IMG/VR virus record: IMGVR_UViG_3300027896_002037
Coordinates: 1-61,782 of that record
DNA: 61,782 nucleotides
Reading direction: 5' to 3' (one strand)
Origin: a virus
Lineage: Duplodnaviria > Caudoviricetes
The position numbers and the translations under genes are program-made. Below, in pieces: positions 1 through 9,600 of the stretch (its first letter is position 1; every line of letters starts with the position of its first letter). The notes beneath the pieces were generated by a model. It did no database searches, was not told where the DNA came from, and saw only the letters and a program-made list of their open reading frames with translations.

Positions 1-1
1 T

Positions 2-274
2 GTTACACATGTATCACCTTTTAAAGAATCTTCTGTTTATGATGGCAAACAATCTGACGATAATTGGTTACCATTCTTTACATCGAAATGTCTCGGGATA
101 TTTTTAAAAGATGTGATGAAAAAATATAAAAATAAAAAATTATTAGTTTTATGTGGTCATGCGCATGGAAATGCTGATGTACAGATTTTAAAAAATCTTA
201 GAGTTTTAACCGGAGAAGCTGAATATAGAAATCCAAGAATCTCCAAAATTCTAGATACGACCACGGGTTGGTGA
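2..274 (+). CDS. Calcineurin-like metallophosphoesterase, C-terminal part (truncated by window start)
   Basis: Open frame from base 2 (VTHVSPF...LVLCGHAHG...TTGW*, stop TGA 272-274); THxxP and GHxH motifs. Not in the supplied ORF track. Confidence 0.7.
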   Translation, partial: VTHVSPFKESSVYDGKQSDDNWLPFFTSKCLGIFLKDVMKKYKNKKLLVLCGHAHGNADVQILKNLRVLTGEAEYRNPRISKILDTTTGW

Positions 275-275
275 T

Positions 276-1232
276 GTGATGGTAGGTATTTATGAAGATT
301 CATTTATAGATTTTCTAAAAGAATATCTGGGTGACATAAAAATTAATAGAAAAAATATTGTATGCAGATGCCCATACTGTGAAATGGAATCAAATAAAAA
401 ACATTTTCATTTATACATTGCATTAGAATCTCCAATATTTCATTGTTTCAAATCAGAATGCAACAAAAAGGGTAATATAGATCGATTGATCTATAAACTA
501 TCTGGAAAAAAATATGATAATTTTTTTGATAAATCTTTAAAGAAAAGTAAAGAATTACCATCACGTGAAAACAGAATCATCACCATTCCAAAACTAGAAC
601 CAGATAAATTTGAAAATAAAATTAACTATCTAAAAAAAAGATTGATGACATCAGATGATAATTGTATATATGAGATTGATGGACTTATTTTAGATATAAA
701 TAAATTTTTATCAGATAATACTATCATAGATAAAGATATTGAAAAATATAAAGATTTCCTACAAGAAAATTTTATAGGGTTCTTGACGAATAACCAATCT
801 ATTTTAGTAATGCGAAATATAGATGAACGTTCAAAATTAAGATATCATAAGATTGAAATTAAAAACATTCAAAGTACAGATTATTATCTATCATATAACG
901 ATCCTTCTAAATCTGATATTATCATTGCTGAGGGAATTTTTGATATATTAGTTGAAAAAAAAATAGATTCTATTAACAAAAAAGAAAACGCTCTATTATA
1001 TGGAGCATGCTTGTCAACAAACTATGAAACATTAATAAAAAGTCTTGCATACTATGAATCTATATTTAGACAAAATATTCATATTTTATCGGATAGAGGA
1101 ATTAGTTTAAACTATTATAAAAAAATTAAGAATACCACCAAACACATTATCAATTCGTTAACCGTATATTATAATATGGATGGAAAAGATTTTGGAGATG
1201 GTGCTAAAAATATTGAAAAATTTGTTTTGTAA
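276..1232 (+). CDS. DNA primase-like protein (T4 gp61/DnaG type; Zn finger + TOPRIM)
   Basis: N-terminal CPYC...HCF..C Zn-binding motif, TOPRIM IIAEGIFD, C-terminal GKDFGD; the DxD position appears to read DRG. Confidence 0.7.
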   Translation: MMVGIYEDSFIDFLKEYLGDIKINRKNIVCRCPYCEMESNKKHFHLYIALESPIFHCFKSECNKKGNIDRLIYKLSGKKYDNFFDKSLKKSKELPSRENRIITIPKLEPDKFENKINYLKKRLMTSDDNCIYEIDGLILDINKFLSDNTIIDKDIEKYKDFLQENFIGFLTNNQSILVMRNIDERSKLRYHKIEIKNIQSTDYYLSYNDPSKSDIIIAEGIFDILVEKKIDSINKKENALLYGACLSTNYETLIKSLAYYESIFRQNIHILSDRGISLNYYKKIKNTTKHIINSLTVYYNMDGKDFGDGAKNIEKFVL

Positions 1233-1255
1233 CATAATAGGAGTTTTAAAATCAA

Positions 1256-1651
1256 ATGTCGAAGCATGAACAGGTAAGTAGGCTAATGTCGTTATATAAT
1301 AATGTTTTGGAATCTAGTGTAACGCTTACTCATGAGATAGATAAAATAGATTACTTTGTGGCATTATTTAATGGACCAAGTGAGAATATGTTTAAAATGT
1401 TAGATTGCCATTCGATAATGTATAAGTATACGCTGAATGGTTCAGATGGAGTTATTATAATTTTTTCAATACCGACACAGAGCAATATCGAAGCAGTTTC
1501 AAGTTCATCAAGTAAAATAATGGAATTATTAAAGATCGTTGAGGATACATTTGTAATAGTTAATTATATGAAATGTGAAGATATGAAGACTGATAAATTT
1601 GTTTACTTTACGGTCTTTGTTAAGATGCAAAATAAAGTTGACTCGATTTAA
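1256..1651 (+). CDS. Hypothetical protein
   Basis: 131-aa ORF with AGGAG RBS. Confidence 0.6.
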   Translation: MSKHEQVSRLMSLYNNVLESSVTLTHEIDKIDYFVALFNGPSENMFKMLDCHSIMYKYTLNGSDGVIIIFSIPTQSNIEAVSSSSSKIMELLKIVEDTFVIVNYMKCEDMKTDKFVYFTVFVKMQNKVDSI

Positions 1652-1666
1652 AAAATATGGTATCTA
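1638..1666 (+). promoter_or_regulatory. sigma70-like promoter (TTGACT-17-TATCTA, TGn extension)
   Basis: TTGACT 1638-1643, 17-bp spacer ending TGG, TATCTA 1661-1666. Confidence 0.45.
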
Positions 1667-1699
1667 ATAGAAAAATGGCTGAAAGGATTTGGTTCTGAA

Positions 1700-1966
1700 A
1701 TGTTATATAGACTTAGAAAAGTTGGTGGTGGTTTCATGGATGCTATGTTATATAAATCTAGAGATAGTGTTGAAAGACTATTAGAAGACACTGAAAGTCC
1801 TGAAGACTTTGAGGTAGAGGAAATTCCATATCATATTAAATCAGGTGTTTCCATAGTAAAAGCAATAAGAACATTATCAGAGAGAACATTTGAATATGAA
1901 AATGGTAGACTTCGTACCATAGACTTGGATGATATTCTTGAAGATGATGATATGAGACGTCTATGA
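1700..1966 (+). CDS. Hypothetical protein
   Basis: 88-aa ORF, ATGA overlap with next gene. Confidence 0.55.
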   Translation: MLYRLRKVGGGFMDAMLYKSRDSVERLLEDTESPEDFEVEEIPYHIKSGVSIVKAIRTLSERTFEYENGRLRTIDLDDILEDDDMRRL

Positions 1967-2742
1967 AGCGGGCGAACTCCGAGAAAAAAACTGTAACTTT
2001 AGATTTAAATAAGTATCAGTCATTTTTAAGATTAATGTCTATGTTTAAAGATATCTGTAAAGATATCGATATTCATGGTGGAGTAATTAGACAAAAAACA
2101 TCAGATGGATTTGCTCTTATAGAAATAGATCTGAGCTACTTAATTAGCGATCTATCCTTTCCATTGGTATTGATAGCAAAAAAAATAGAAGCTTTAAAAA
2201 TGTTTCAGGGACAAGATGTCACAATAGAGACAACCGACAAGATCGTAAAAATTTCAGACCGATACAGTAACTTTGAGTTTAAAAAACCATCTTCAAATTA
2301 TATAGAAAAAGCAAATAAGTTTATACCAGCAGATGAGATACAACATATTATTAATATTGCCGATGAGGACTTAATTTTAGTAACGTCAATAACAAAAACT
2401 ATATCCGATAGAATAAAAACAACCGCAAAAGTATTTGAACACAATTCAATAAATATTTTATTCTCTAATGATAGTGGTAAAATATCAATGGAGAAAGATT
2501 CTAAAGATCAACATGTCGATTTTATAAAAGATATACCGCTAGAACATAATATATCGGCTGAGAGTATTTTATCATCAACTCCGTTTATCATTGATCATGA
2601 TGGTGATATAATATTTAAAATGTATGGAGTAACCGAAAAAGCAGCATTGTCACAATTTAAGATGATAGTAGATGACATAAATATAACAATATATCACAGG
2701 TCCACTTTAAATCTAGATGTCTCATCCGAAGGAGATAATTAA
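1963..2742 (+). CDS. Putative DNA polymerase sliding clamp (gp45/PCNA-like)
   Basis: 259 aa, repeated alpha/beta pattern and size typical of clamps; replication gene context. Confidence 0.5.
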   Translation: MKRANSEKKTVTLDLNKYQSFLRLMSMFKDICKDIDIHGGVIRQKTSDGFALIEIDLSYLISDLSFPLVLIAKKIEALKMFQGQDVTIETTDKIVKISDRYSNFEFKKPSSNYIEKANKFIPADEIQHIINIADEDLILVTSITKTISDRIKTTAKVFEHNSINILFSNDSGKISMEKDSKDQHVDFIKDIPLEHNISAESILSSTPFIIDHDGDIIFKMYGVTEKAALSQFKMIVDDINITIYHRSTLNLDVSSEGDN

Positions 2743-3135
2743 ATGATCAATAACGACCGCCCAATGCAAAATCAAGGTTATCTCTCATCGACAAAAGATA
2801 ACTACCAATCAGCAACCCCAACAACCAATATAGAGAAAACCGTAAAGGTCCAGCCAAGTCTTCTTCCATGGAATGCTGTAATGGAAATCTGTAAATTAAT
2901 GACTGTGATGTGCAATTCTAATGGTGGAAAACATTCTAAAGGTCAATGGAAAGAAGTATCTATAGAATCTCATATGGACGCTGCTATAAGGCATTATGTA
3001 GAGTGGCATTCTGGTAAAACAGAAGATGAAGAGTCTGGATTAAATCCTTTAGCACACATGGCATGTAGATTACTAATGGCACTCTCAAACGAATTAGAAG
3101 AAGAGTCTAAAAATGTCTTTAGAAAATCTGACTAG
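2743..3135 (+). CDS. dATP/dGTP diphosphohydrolase-domain protein (DUF5664-like)
   Basis: K.QPSLLPW..V..I, W..., DAA.RH..W..G...D.ESGL.PLAH.ACRL signature. Confidence 0.8.
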   Translation: MINNDRPMQNQGYLSSTKDNYQSATPTTNIEKTVKVQPSLLPWNAVMEICKLMTVMCNSNGGKHSKGQWKEVSIESHMDAAIRHYVEWHSGKTEDEESGLNPLAHMACRLLMALSNELEEESKNVFRKSD

Positions 3136-4243
3136 TTTTTATCCATCATATTCCTTATTAGATGAGACTGTATCCTCGGGTGGATATACTCATCTTAATC
3201 TTTTTATAGATCTTAAAAATATCTTACAATCATTATATCAAAGCGAGACTGTTAAATCCATAGTAGAATCTTCTCTACAATCTAAAAAATTTGACTCTAG
3301 TATTTTTACAAATCTTTTAAACTTTTTAATTTATAATAAAAAATATGCTTTGAAAAGAAATATAACTGTTGATTTTTTTGTATTTTTTGAAGTTGGTAGA
3401 TCCTTTTATCACGAGAAAATTTCACCATCTTATAAATATTCTAGGAAAATTGATAATCTCTATGGATTGGATAAAGAGCATAAAGACTACTATACAAAGA
3501 TATTACAAAATAACTATGATCTCATAGATAAAGTAATTAATAAAATACCGAATGCATATTCTATAAGATTAGAACATTTTGAAGCAGACTTTATCCCATA
3601 TTATTTAATACGCAATGAATATATACTAGAAAATTCTGCTAATATTATTTTTTCTAGCGATCATGATCTTCTACAATGTTTAGAATTACCCGGAAATAAC
3701 TTTGTTTTAAGAAAGACTAAAAATAATAAAAAAATAATTAGGTCTGGGAATGCAGTACGAGAACATCTTAAATGCGAGGAAACGTATCCTGATAATTATC
3801 TATCATTATGTATGTCGATAATGGGAGACGGCGGTGATGATGTAGATGGTATTGTCGGATTAGGTCCTAAACGCACTAAAGAGATAATAAATGAGATTGT
3901 TGCATGTGGTGGATCGATAGAAGAAATTCGAAAAAATACGTTGCTTGGAAATAAGTTATTCCTTACCCCAGCTACCCCATGTCAAAAAAATATACAGAAC
4001 AAAAATATGATAAAGGTAATAGATAATGAAGACATAATCTCTAGGAATTTAAAGCTTGTAGATTTTGAGGTAATCTCAAGAACAATGGATGATCCACCAT
4101 CTACAAATATCTTAGACGTTCGTAAACATATAGAAGATGTGTTTAATAATAAAGTATGTTATTCGTTTGAGGTTATGGCATCGGCATTAAGTAAAACTGG
4201 AATGGATATTCCACCAGATACTAACCTATTATTTTTACAGTAG
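3113..4243 (+). CDS. 5'-3' exonuclease / T4 RNase H-like (FEN/PIN fold)
   Basis: FID, EADF, SSDHDLLQ, GDGGDDVDGIVGLGPK (H3TH) motifs. Confidence 0.85.
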   Translation: MSLENLTSFYPSYSLLDETVSSGGYTHLNLFIDLKNILQSLYQSETVKSIVESSLQSKKFDSSIFTNLLNFLIYNKKYALKRNITVDFFVFFEVGRSFYHEKISPSYKYSRKIDNLYGLDKEHKDYYTKILQNNYDLIDKVINKIPNAYSIRLEHFEADFIPYYLIRNEYILENSANIIFSSDHDLLQCLELPGNNFVLRKTKNNKKIIRSGNAVREHLKCEETYPDNYLSLCMSIMGDGGDDVDGIVGLGPKRTKEIINEIVACGGSIEEIRKNTLLGNKLFLTPATPCQKNIQNKNMIKVIDNEDIISRNLKLVDFEVISRTMDDPPSTNILDVRKHIEDVFNNKVCYSFEVMASALSKTGMDIPPDTNLLFLQ

Positions 4244-4253
4244 GAGATCTAAA

Positions 4254-4979
4254 ATGTTAAGTCAAAACACTGTTTTGAATTTTATAAAAAGTAATTTAGC
4301 ATTCCCATTCCAATTTATAGAACTCAATGACGATCAGATATTAGACTATATATCTACTAATACTGTAAGAGAATACTCACATTATTTTCCAGATGTAACC
4401 ACCGTAGGATATAATCTACTTCATCCTGCAAATAAAGTCATAAACAAAGCCAATGAATTTTATTTACAAGATGAACTTGGGATGGAAATCATAGACATCA
4501 AATCTATGGTTTTTAGAATGGCACAGCTAACGATGTTTGGACATCCACCACTAGGACCCCTATCATTAGGAGAATTGCCTCAGTGGACGCTAGCAGTTGA
4601 AACTGCCGGTTGGCTAAAAGTATACTCAAATTGGAATTATACGTATGAATTTAAACATCCCAATATTTTTAGAATATCACCAAATCCAGTAAGTGAAGAT
4701 ATCTGTGTAATCGAATATGAAAGGATGCATCATCCAAGTTTTTCAACAATTACAACAGATCTATCATTTATGTTTATGGAATTATGTTTAGCAGATATAA
4801 TGATGTTAATCGGAAGATTGCGTTCAAAATATGCTGAGGGTGGTGGTTTAGCAACACCATTCGGAAATATCCCGTTACAGGCAACTCAATTATTTGACGA
4901 GGGAAAAGAAAAAAAACGGGAACTTCTAGATAAATTTTCAACTGGATCCTTACCAAATCTAAGTTGGCATATTGGTTAA
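4254..4979 (+). CDS. Neck/head-tail adaptor protein (T4 gp13-like)
   Basis: N-terminus FIKSNLAFPFQFIELNDDQILDYI...YSHYFPD and C-terminal GRLRSKY...GNIPL..QLFDEG resemble gp13 family. Confidence 0.65.
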   Translation: MLSQNTVLNFIKSNLAFPFQFIELNDDQILDYISTNTVREYSHYFPDVTTVGYNLLHPANKVINKANEFYLQDELGMEIIDIKSMVFRMAQLTMFGHPPLGPLSLGELPQWTLAVETAGWLKVYSNWNYTYEFKHPNIFRISPNPVSEDICVIEYERMHHPSFSTITTDLSFMFMELCLADIMMLIGRLRSKYAEGGGLATPFGNIPLQATQLFDEGKEKKRELLDKFSTGSLPNLSWHIG

Positions 4980-5004
4980 TTTTTAAAAATTAAGATTTGG
5001 AGAT

Positions 5005-5727
5005 TTGAAATTGGAAGATATTACATATATTGGCGTCGATCTTGATGGTACATTATCATATTATGATGTTTGGCGAGGAAAGGAACATATCGGTGATCCT
5101 ATCCCACTGATGCTAAAACGTGTTAATATGTGGAGAGCAGCAGGTAAAATTGTAAAATGTTTTACTGCTAGAGCAGCCGAACCAGAAAATATACCATACG
5201 TTAGAGAATGGTTAGATAGATATGATCTCAAGGATGTAGATATTACATGTATAAAAGATCAGTATATGGTAGAATTTTGGGATGATAGAGCTATACAGGT
5301 TAAACCCAATACTGGAATTCCAGTAATAGAATGTATTGAAAAATCAGAACTTGCAGAAAATAGCGATGGAGATTATACAAAAAATATGAAATATTACATG
5401 GAATATCTAAAAGAAGAAATGTCGCCCGAAAGAGCCAGAGAATTATATAATTTGGGTCGTAAAATTGCAGCGGGTACGCACCAATCTGTAAGCAAAATAT
5501 TAACATCTCCAGAGATAATGAAGCTCAAATCTGAGATATCTGAAAAGGTATTAGCTCGTACAAGATTATTATCACAGTGGAAAGTTGCTATAGGACCTGC
5601 CAAAGAAAAATTAAAGCAAGAAATATTAAGCTTAGAAAAAACAATTTCGAGCCATGCTAAACAATTAAAAGACCATGAAAGAGAACTGCATGTTAATAAG
5701 ATAATTCAATCAAAGAGAGCGTCGTAA
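5005..5727 (+). CDS. HAD-family phosphatase (PNKP 3'-phosphatase-like) fused to a helical C-terminal domain
   Basis: VDLDGTL motif I, FTAR motif II, K and WDDRA motif IV within first ~105 aa. Confidence 0.75.
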   Translation: MKLEDITYIGVDLDGTLSYYDVWRGKEHIGDPIPLMLKRVNMWRAAGKIVKCFTARAAEPENIPYVREWLDRYDLKDVDITCIKDQYMVEFWDDRAIQVKPNTGIPVIECIEKSELAENSDGDYTKNMKYYMEYLKEEMSPERARELYNLGRKIAAGTHQSVSKILTSPEIMKLKSEISEKVLARTRLLSQWKVAIGPAKEKLKQEILSLEKTISSHAKQLKDHERELHVNKIIQSKRAS

Positions 5728-5732
5728 AAATA

Positions 5733-6527
5733 ATGAGCGACTTTATATTAGTACGACATGAAGCAACTCGAAGAGGCTTACATTGGGATTTACGTTGGAA
5801 AGAACCGACGTCTAAAAATTGGGTAAGTTTTGCATTCAAGAAATTTCCTCCGACTAAAGTTGGTGAGCGTGTCTATATAGTTAGGACAACTCAACATAGT
5901 GAGAAACAGGCTTTATTTTTAGGAAAAATTCCTGAGGGAGAATATGGAGCCGGAACTCTGACCAAAGAAGATTCTGGAACATGTGATGTTTTGAGATATA
6001 CCAATGCTCATATGATTGTTGATTTTCATGGTAAAACATTAAAAGGAAAATATCATGTTATTGCAACTGGAGTTTTTGGTGGGAAGCATGATTATACAAA
6101 AAAGACCTATGTATTTTTTAAAGCTAAAGAAGATGTCTTAGAAGCTACAAATTTTCCAAAAATGTGGAAAGAAACTATTACTAAAATGAAGAGAGCTGGA
6201 AAAGTTGGAGCTATTGCACTTACTGCAATAGTAGTAGCACCACTGGTGATAAAGATTTTAAGAACTCTAATTAGAAGTTTAAGTCTTTGTAATAGAGTCT
6301 GTGAAGTAGTTGATATAAAGTCATCGAAGTTAACAATAGAAGATCGAGCATGTATTAGAAGATGTCGGATAAGAATTATACAGAAGGGAATAGAAAATCT
6401 GAATTCATTAAAAAATAAATGTGCCGATCAAGAATGCAGAAATAGAATCGATTCTAAAATCGAAATATTAAAAAATAAGATAAATGATGAGCAAGAAGCA
6501 TTATCATATTTAGGAGTAAAAAAATAA
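5733..6527 (+). CDS. LigD-type 3'-phosphoesterase domain fused to a hydrophobic/Cys-rich C-terminal domain
   Basis: HEA...LHWDLR, SFA..K, T.QH, G.IPEGEYGAG, DSGT motifs of the LigD PE domain. Confidence 0.8.
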   Translation: MSDFILVRHEATRRGLHWDLRWKEPTSKNWVSFAFKKFPPTKVGERVYIVRTTQHSEKQALFLGKIPEGEYGAGTLTKEDSGTCDVLRYTNAHMIVDFHGKTLKGKYHVIATGVFGGKHDYTKKTYVFFKAKEDVLEATNFPKMWKETITKMKRAGKVGAIALTAIVVAPLVIKILRTLIRSLSLCNRVCEVVDIKSSKLTIEDRACIRRCRIRIIQKGIENLNSLKNKCADQECRNRIDSKIEILKNKINDEQEALSYLGVKK

Positions 6528-6576
6528 TAAAATCAATACTATATAAATAAAATTAAACCTAAGAAATCCCATCAAC

Positions 6577-6618
6577 AAAATATCCCAAAAGGTAAAAAAC
6601 TTTTTGGGATATTTTTTT
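6577..6618 (+). terminator. Rho-independent terminator
   Basis: AAAATATCCCAAAA (6577-6590) / TTTTGGGATATTTT (6602-6615) inverted repeat followed by T run. Confidence 0.65.
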
Positions 6619-6633
6619 CTCTAAACTACTAGC

Positions 6634-6662
6634 TTGACTAGAAAATAAAAATAATATATAGT
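6634..6662 (+). promoter_or_regulatory. sigma70-like promoter of nrdD (TTGACT-17-TATAGT)
   Basis: TTGACT 6634-6639, 17-bp spacer, TATAGT 6657-6662; GGAGG RBS before ATG 6689. Confidence 0.65.
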
Positions 6663-6688
6663 TGCCATCAATATCGCGGAGGAATTCT

Positions 6689-9600
6689 ATGATTGTAAAG
6701 GTTCAAAAAAGAGATGATAGTATTGTTGATTATGATCTCGCTAAAATATCACTTGCTATTGGTAAAGCCGGAAACTCAACTAAAGAATTTGATAAAAAGA
6801 TAACAAATTCTTTGACAAGAAAAGTTGATGTTATCATCTCTCAATTAAATAAAGAGGTTATCAGCGTAGAGGATATACAAGATATTGTTGAAGCAACTCT
6901 CTTAGCGTCTAAATATAAACAAAGTGCTAAATCCTATATTTTATATCGGGACCAGCATGCTAAATTACGAGATGTAACAACAGTTGCAAATATCGATCTA
7001 ATAGATCACTATCTTGATAAAACAGATTGGCAAGTAAAAGAAAATAGTAATATGTCATATTCACTTCAGGGGTTAAATAATTATATTTCATCAGAAATTA
7101 CAAAAACATATTGGCTTAATAAAGTCTATCCAAAAAATATTAGAGACTTGCATACTAATGGAGATATACATATTCACGATCTTAATACTTTTGCAGTATA
7201 TTGTGTTGGATGGGATTTACACGATTTATTAATAAGAGGATATGGTGGAGTACCAGGAAAATTAAATAGCGCTCCCGCAAAACATCTTCGAACTGCATTG
7301 GGACAAGCTGTTAATTTCCTCTATACACTTCAAGGGGAATGCTATTCTGATGATACTGAAGTTTTGACTGATTCTGGTTGGAAATTTTTTAATGATTTAT
7401 CAGGAGATGAACAATTTATAACTCAAAATATAGAAACTAAAAATATCGAATTACAATATGCAATAAAACATTTTAAATATTTTAAGGATGGTAAATTAAT
7501 TAATTTTAAAAATAATAAATTAGATCTACTTATTACAGAAGATCATAATATGCTCATATTAGAAGAAGATCATAAATCAGAAATATGTGGTTATGATTTA
7601 AATTTTATAAAGGCAAAAGATTTTAATCCAAATACAAATTTTATACCAACTGGTCCTATGATTCCAACAGAAAAATTAGAACTATGCAAGATAGATGAAG
7701 AATCTATAACTTATGTAGATTATACTGGATATGTTTACTGTGTAGAAGTTCCAAATCATACTCTATATGTTAGAAGAAATGGAAAAGCTACTTGGTGTGG
7801 AAATTGTGCCGGTGCTCAAGCTTTCTCGAACTTTGATACACTATTAGCACCATTTATAAGATATGACGACTTAACACATGATGAGGTTAAACAGGCAATG
7901 CAGGAATTTATTTTTAACCTCAATGTACCCACAAGGACCGGATTTCAAAGTCCTTTTTCAAATATCACTATGGATCTTAAAGTTCCACCGCAATTTAAAG
8001 ATCTCCCAGTTATCATCGGAGGAGAACCTCAAAAAGAAACATATTCCGACTTTCAAGAAGAGATTGATATTTTTAATTCTGTTTTTACTGAAGTTATGAC
8101 AGAAGGCGATTCTATGGGTAGAGTATTTACTTTCCCAATTCCTACGTATAATATCACAAAAGATTTTGATTGGGATAATAAAAATTTAGATGGTTTGTGG
8201 GAAATGACTGCGAAGTATGGAATTCCATATTTCTCAAATTTCATAAATTCTGATATGAAGCCTGAAGATGCAAGGAGTATGGCAATACTTGGAAACCAAG
8301 AATTAATTTATAAAAAAGAAAATGGACATGTTTCGAGATGTCCAATTAAGAACATTGTGGCTGGCTGGATAAACAACAAAGAAAAACCAAATATTAAAAT
8401 TTTAATGAATGGCGAATTTATAGATATTATAGATATGTTCGAAGTTCCATATGAAAACTATAAATCATATGTTTCAATTGAACTAGATAATGGTTATTTA
8501 CAGAATTTTTCATATCAACATAAATGTGCTGTTGTTAGGGATGATGAGTTAGTTGAGGTTGAAAGTCAAGATATTAAAATCACAGATAAATTCCTTATTT
8601 CTAGAAAAGGGTATGAAGGTAATTCATTACTAGGTGATCATCAAAGCGGAAAGATTTTAGGATATTATCTGGGAGAGGGGTGGAAAGAAACTAACTCAGA
8701 TAGTCGTATTAGTTTTGCTATTAATATTAATCGGACTGATATTGTTGATGAAATTAATAATTTTTTTACAAAGATGGTATGTGATGTTAAAATAGTTCCA
8801 TGGGAGGATAAGCACATATACAAAGTAACAATATCTGGAAAACATGCGCTTGGATTTGTAAAAAATTTCATCCGGGGAGAAAAAGCAATTGAAAAAAGAT
8901 TAGAATCTTCCATATGGAATACATCGTTAGAATTTAGAAAAGGACTATTAGAAGGGTTGTATCAGACAGACGGTTATATACCCGGAAAGATACTTACTCA
9001 TACAACAAATAAAGAGATTATAATGGATTTAATTCATCTTGCTAATAGTGTTGGTAAGATCTTAAAATATAAAGTCAACAATAAAAATTCTAGATATTTT
9101 AAAAAGGACAAGTCAGATTTAGTATTTTTCAAAAGTTATAAATTATATTTTACAGAATATAAAGAAACTTTTGAATTAGATGGTGAAGAATACGCCATGA
9201 TACCTGTAAAATCTGTTGACGAGCATGATTCTAAGGCAAATAAAGTTTATAATTTTACAGTTAATACAGATAGACATTTATATGAACTGCCAAATGGAAT
9301 AATAACACATCAATGTTGCAGGCTTCGTTTAGACGTAAAAACTCTGGAAAAACGAGGAGGTGGACTATTTGGATCAAATCCGTTAACTGGATGTTACTCA
9401 TCAGATACAGAAGTTTTAACAGATGAGGGGTGGAAATTATTCACCGAATTAAATCATAATGAAAAAGTACTATCTCGTGATAAAGATACCGGAATAGAAT
9501 CTTGGGATAAACCAAGTGAATATTTTGAATATGATTATGTCGGTGATATGATACACTTTAATAAAAGTGATGAATTAGATTTATTAGTAACGCCTGATCA

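Noticed and set aside
6573-6583. Fourth copy of the AACAAAAT motif
   Set aside because: Overlaps the left arm of a terminator hairpin and lacks the AAAAT tail
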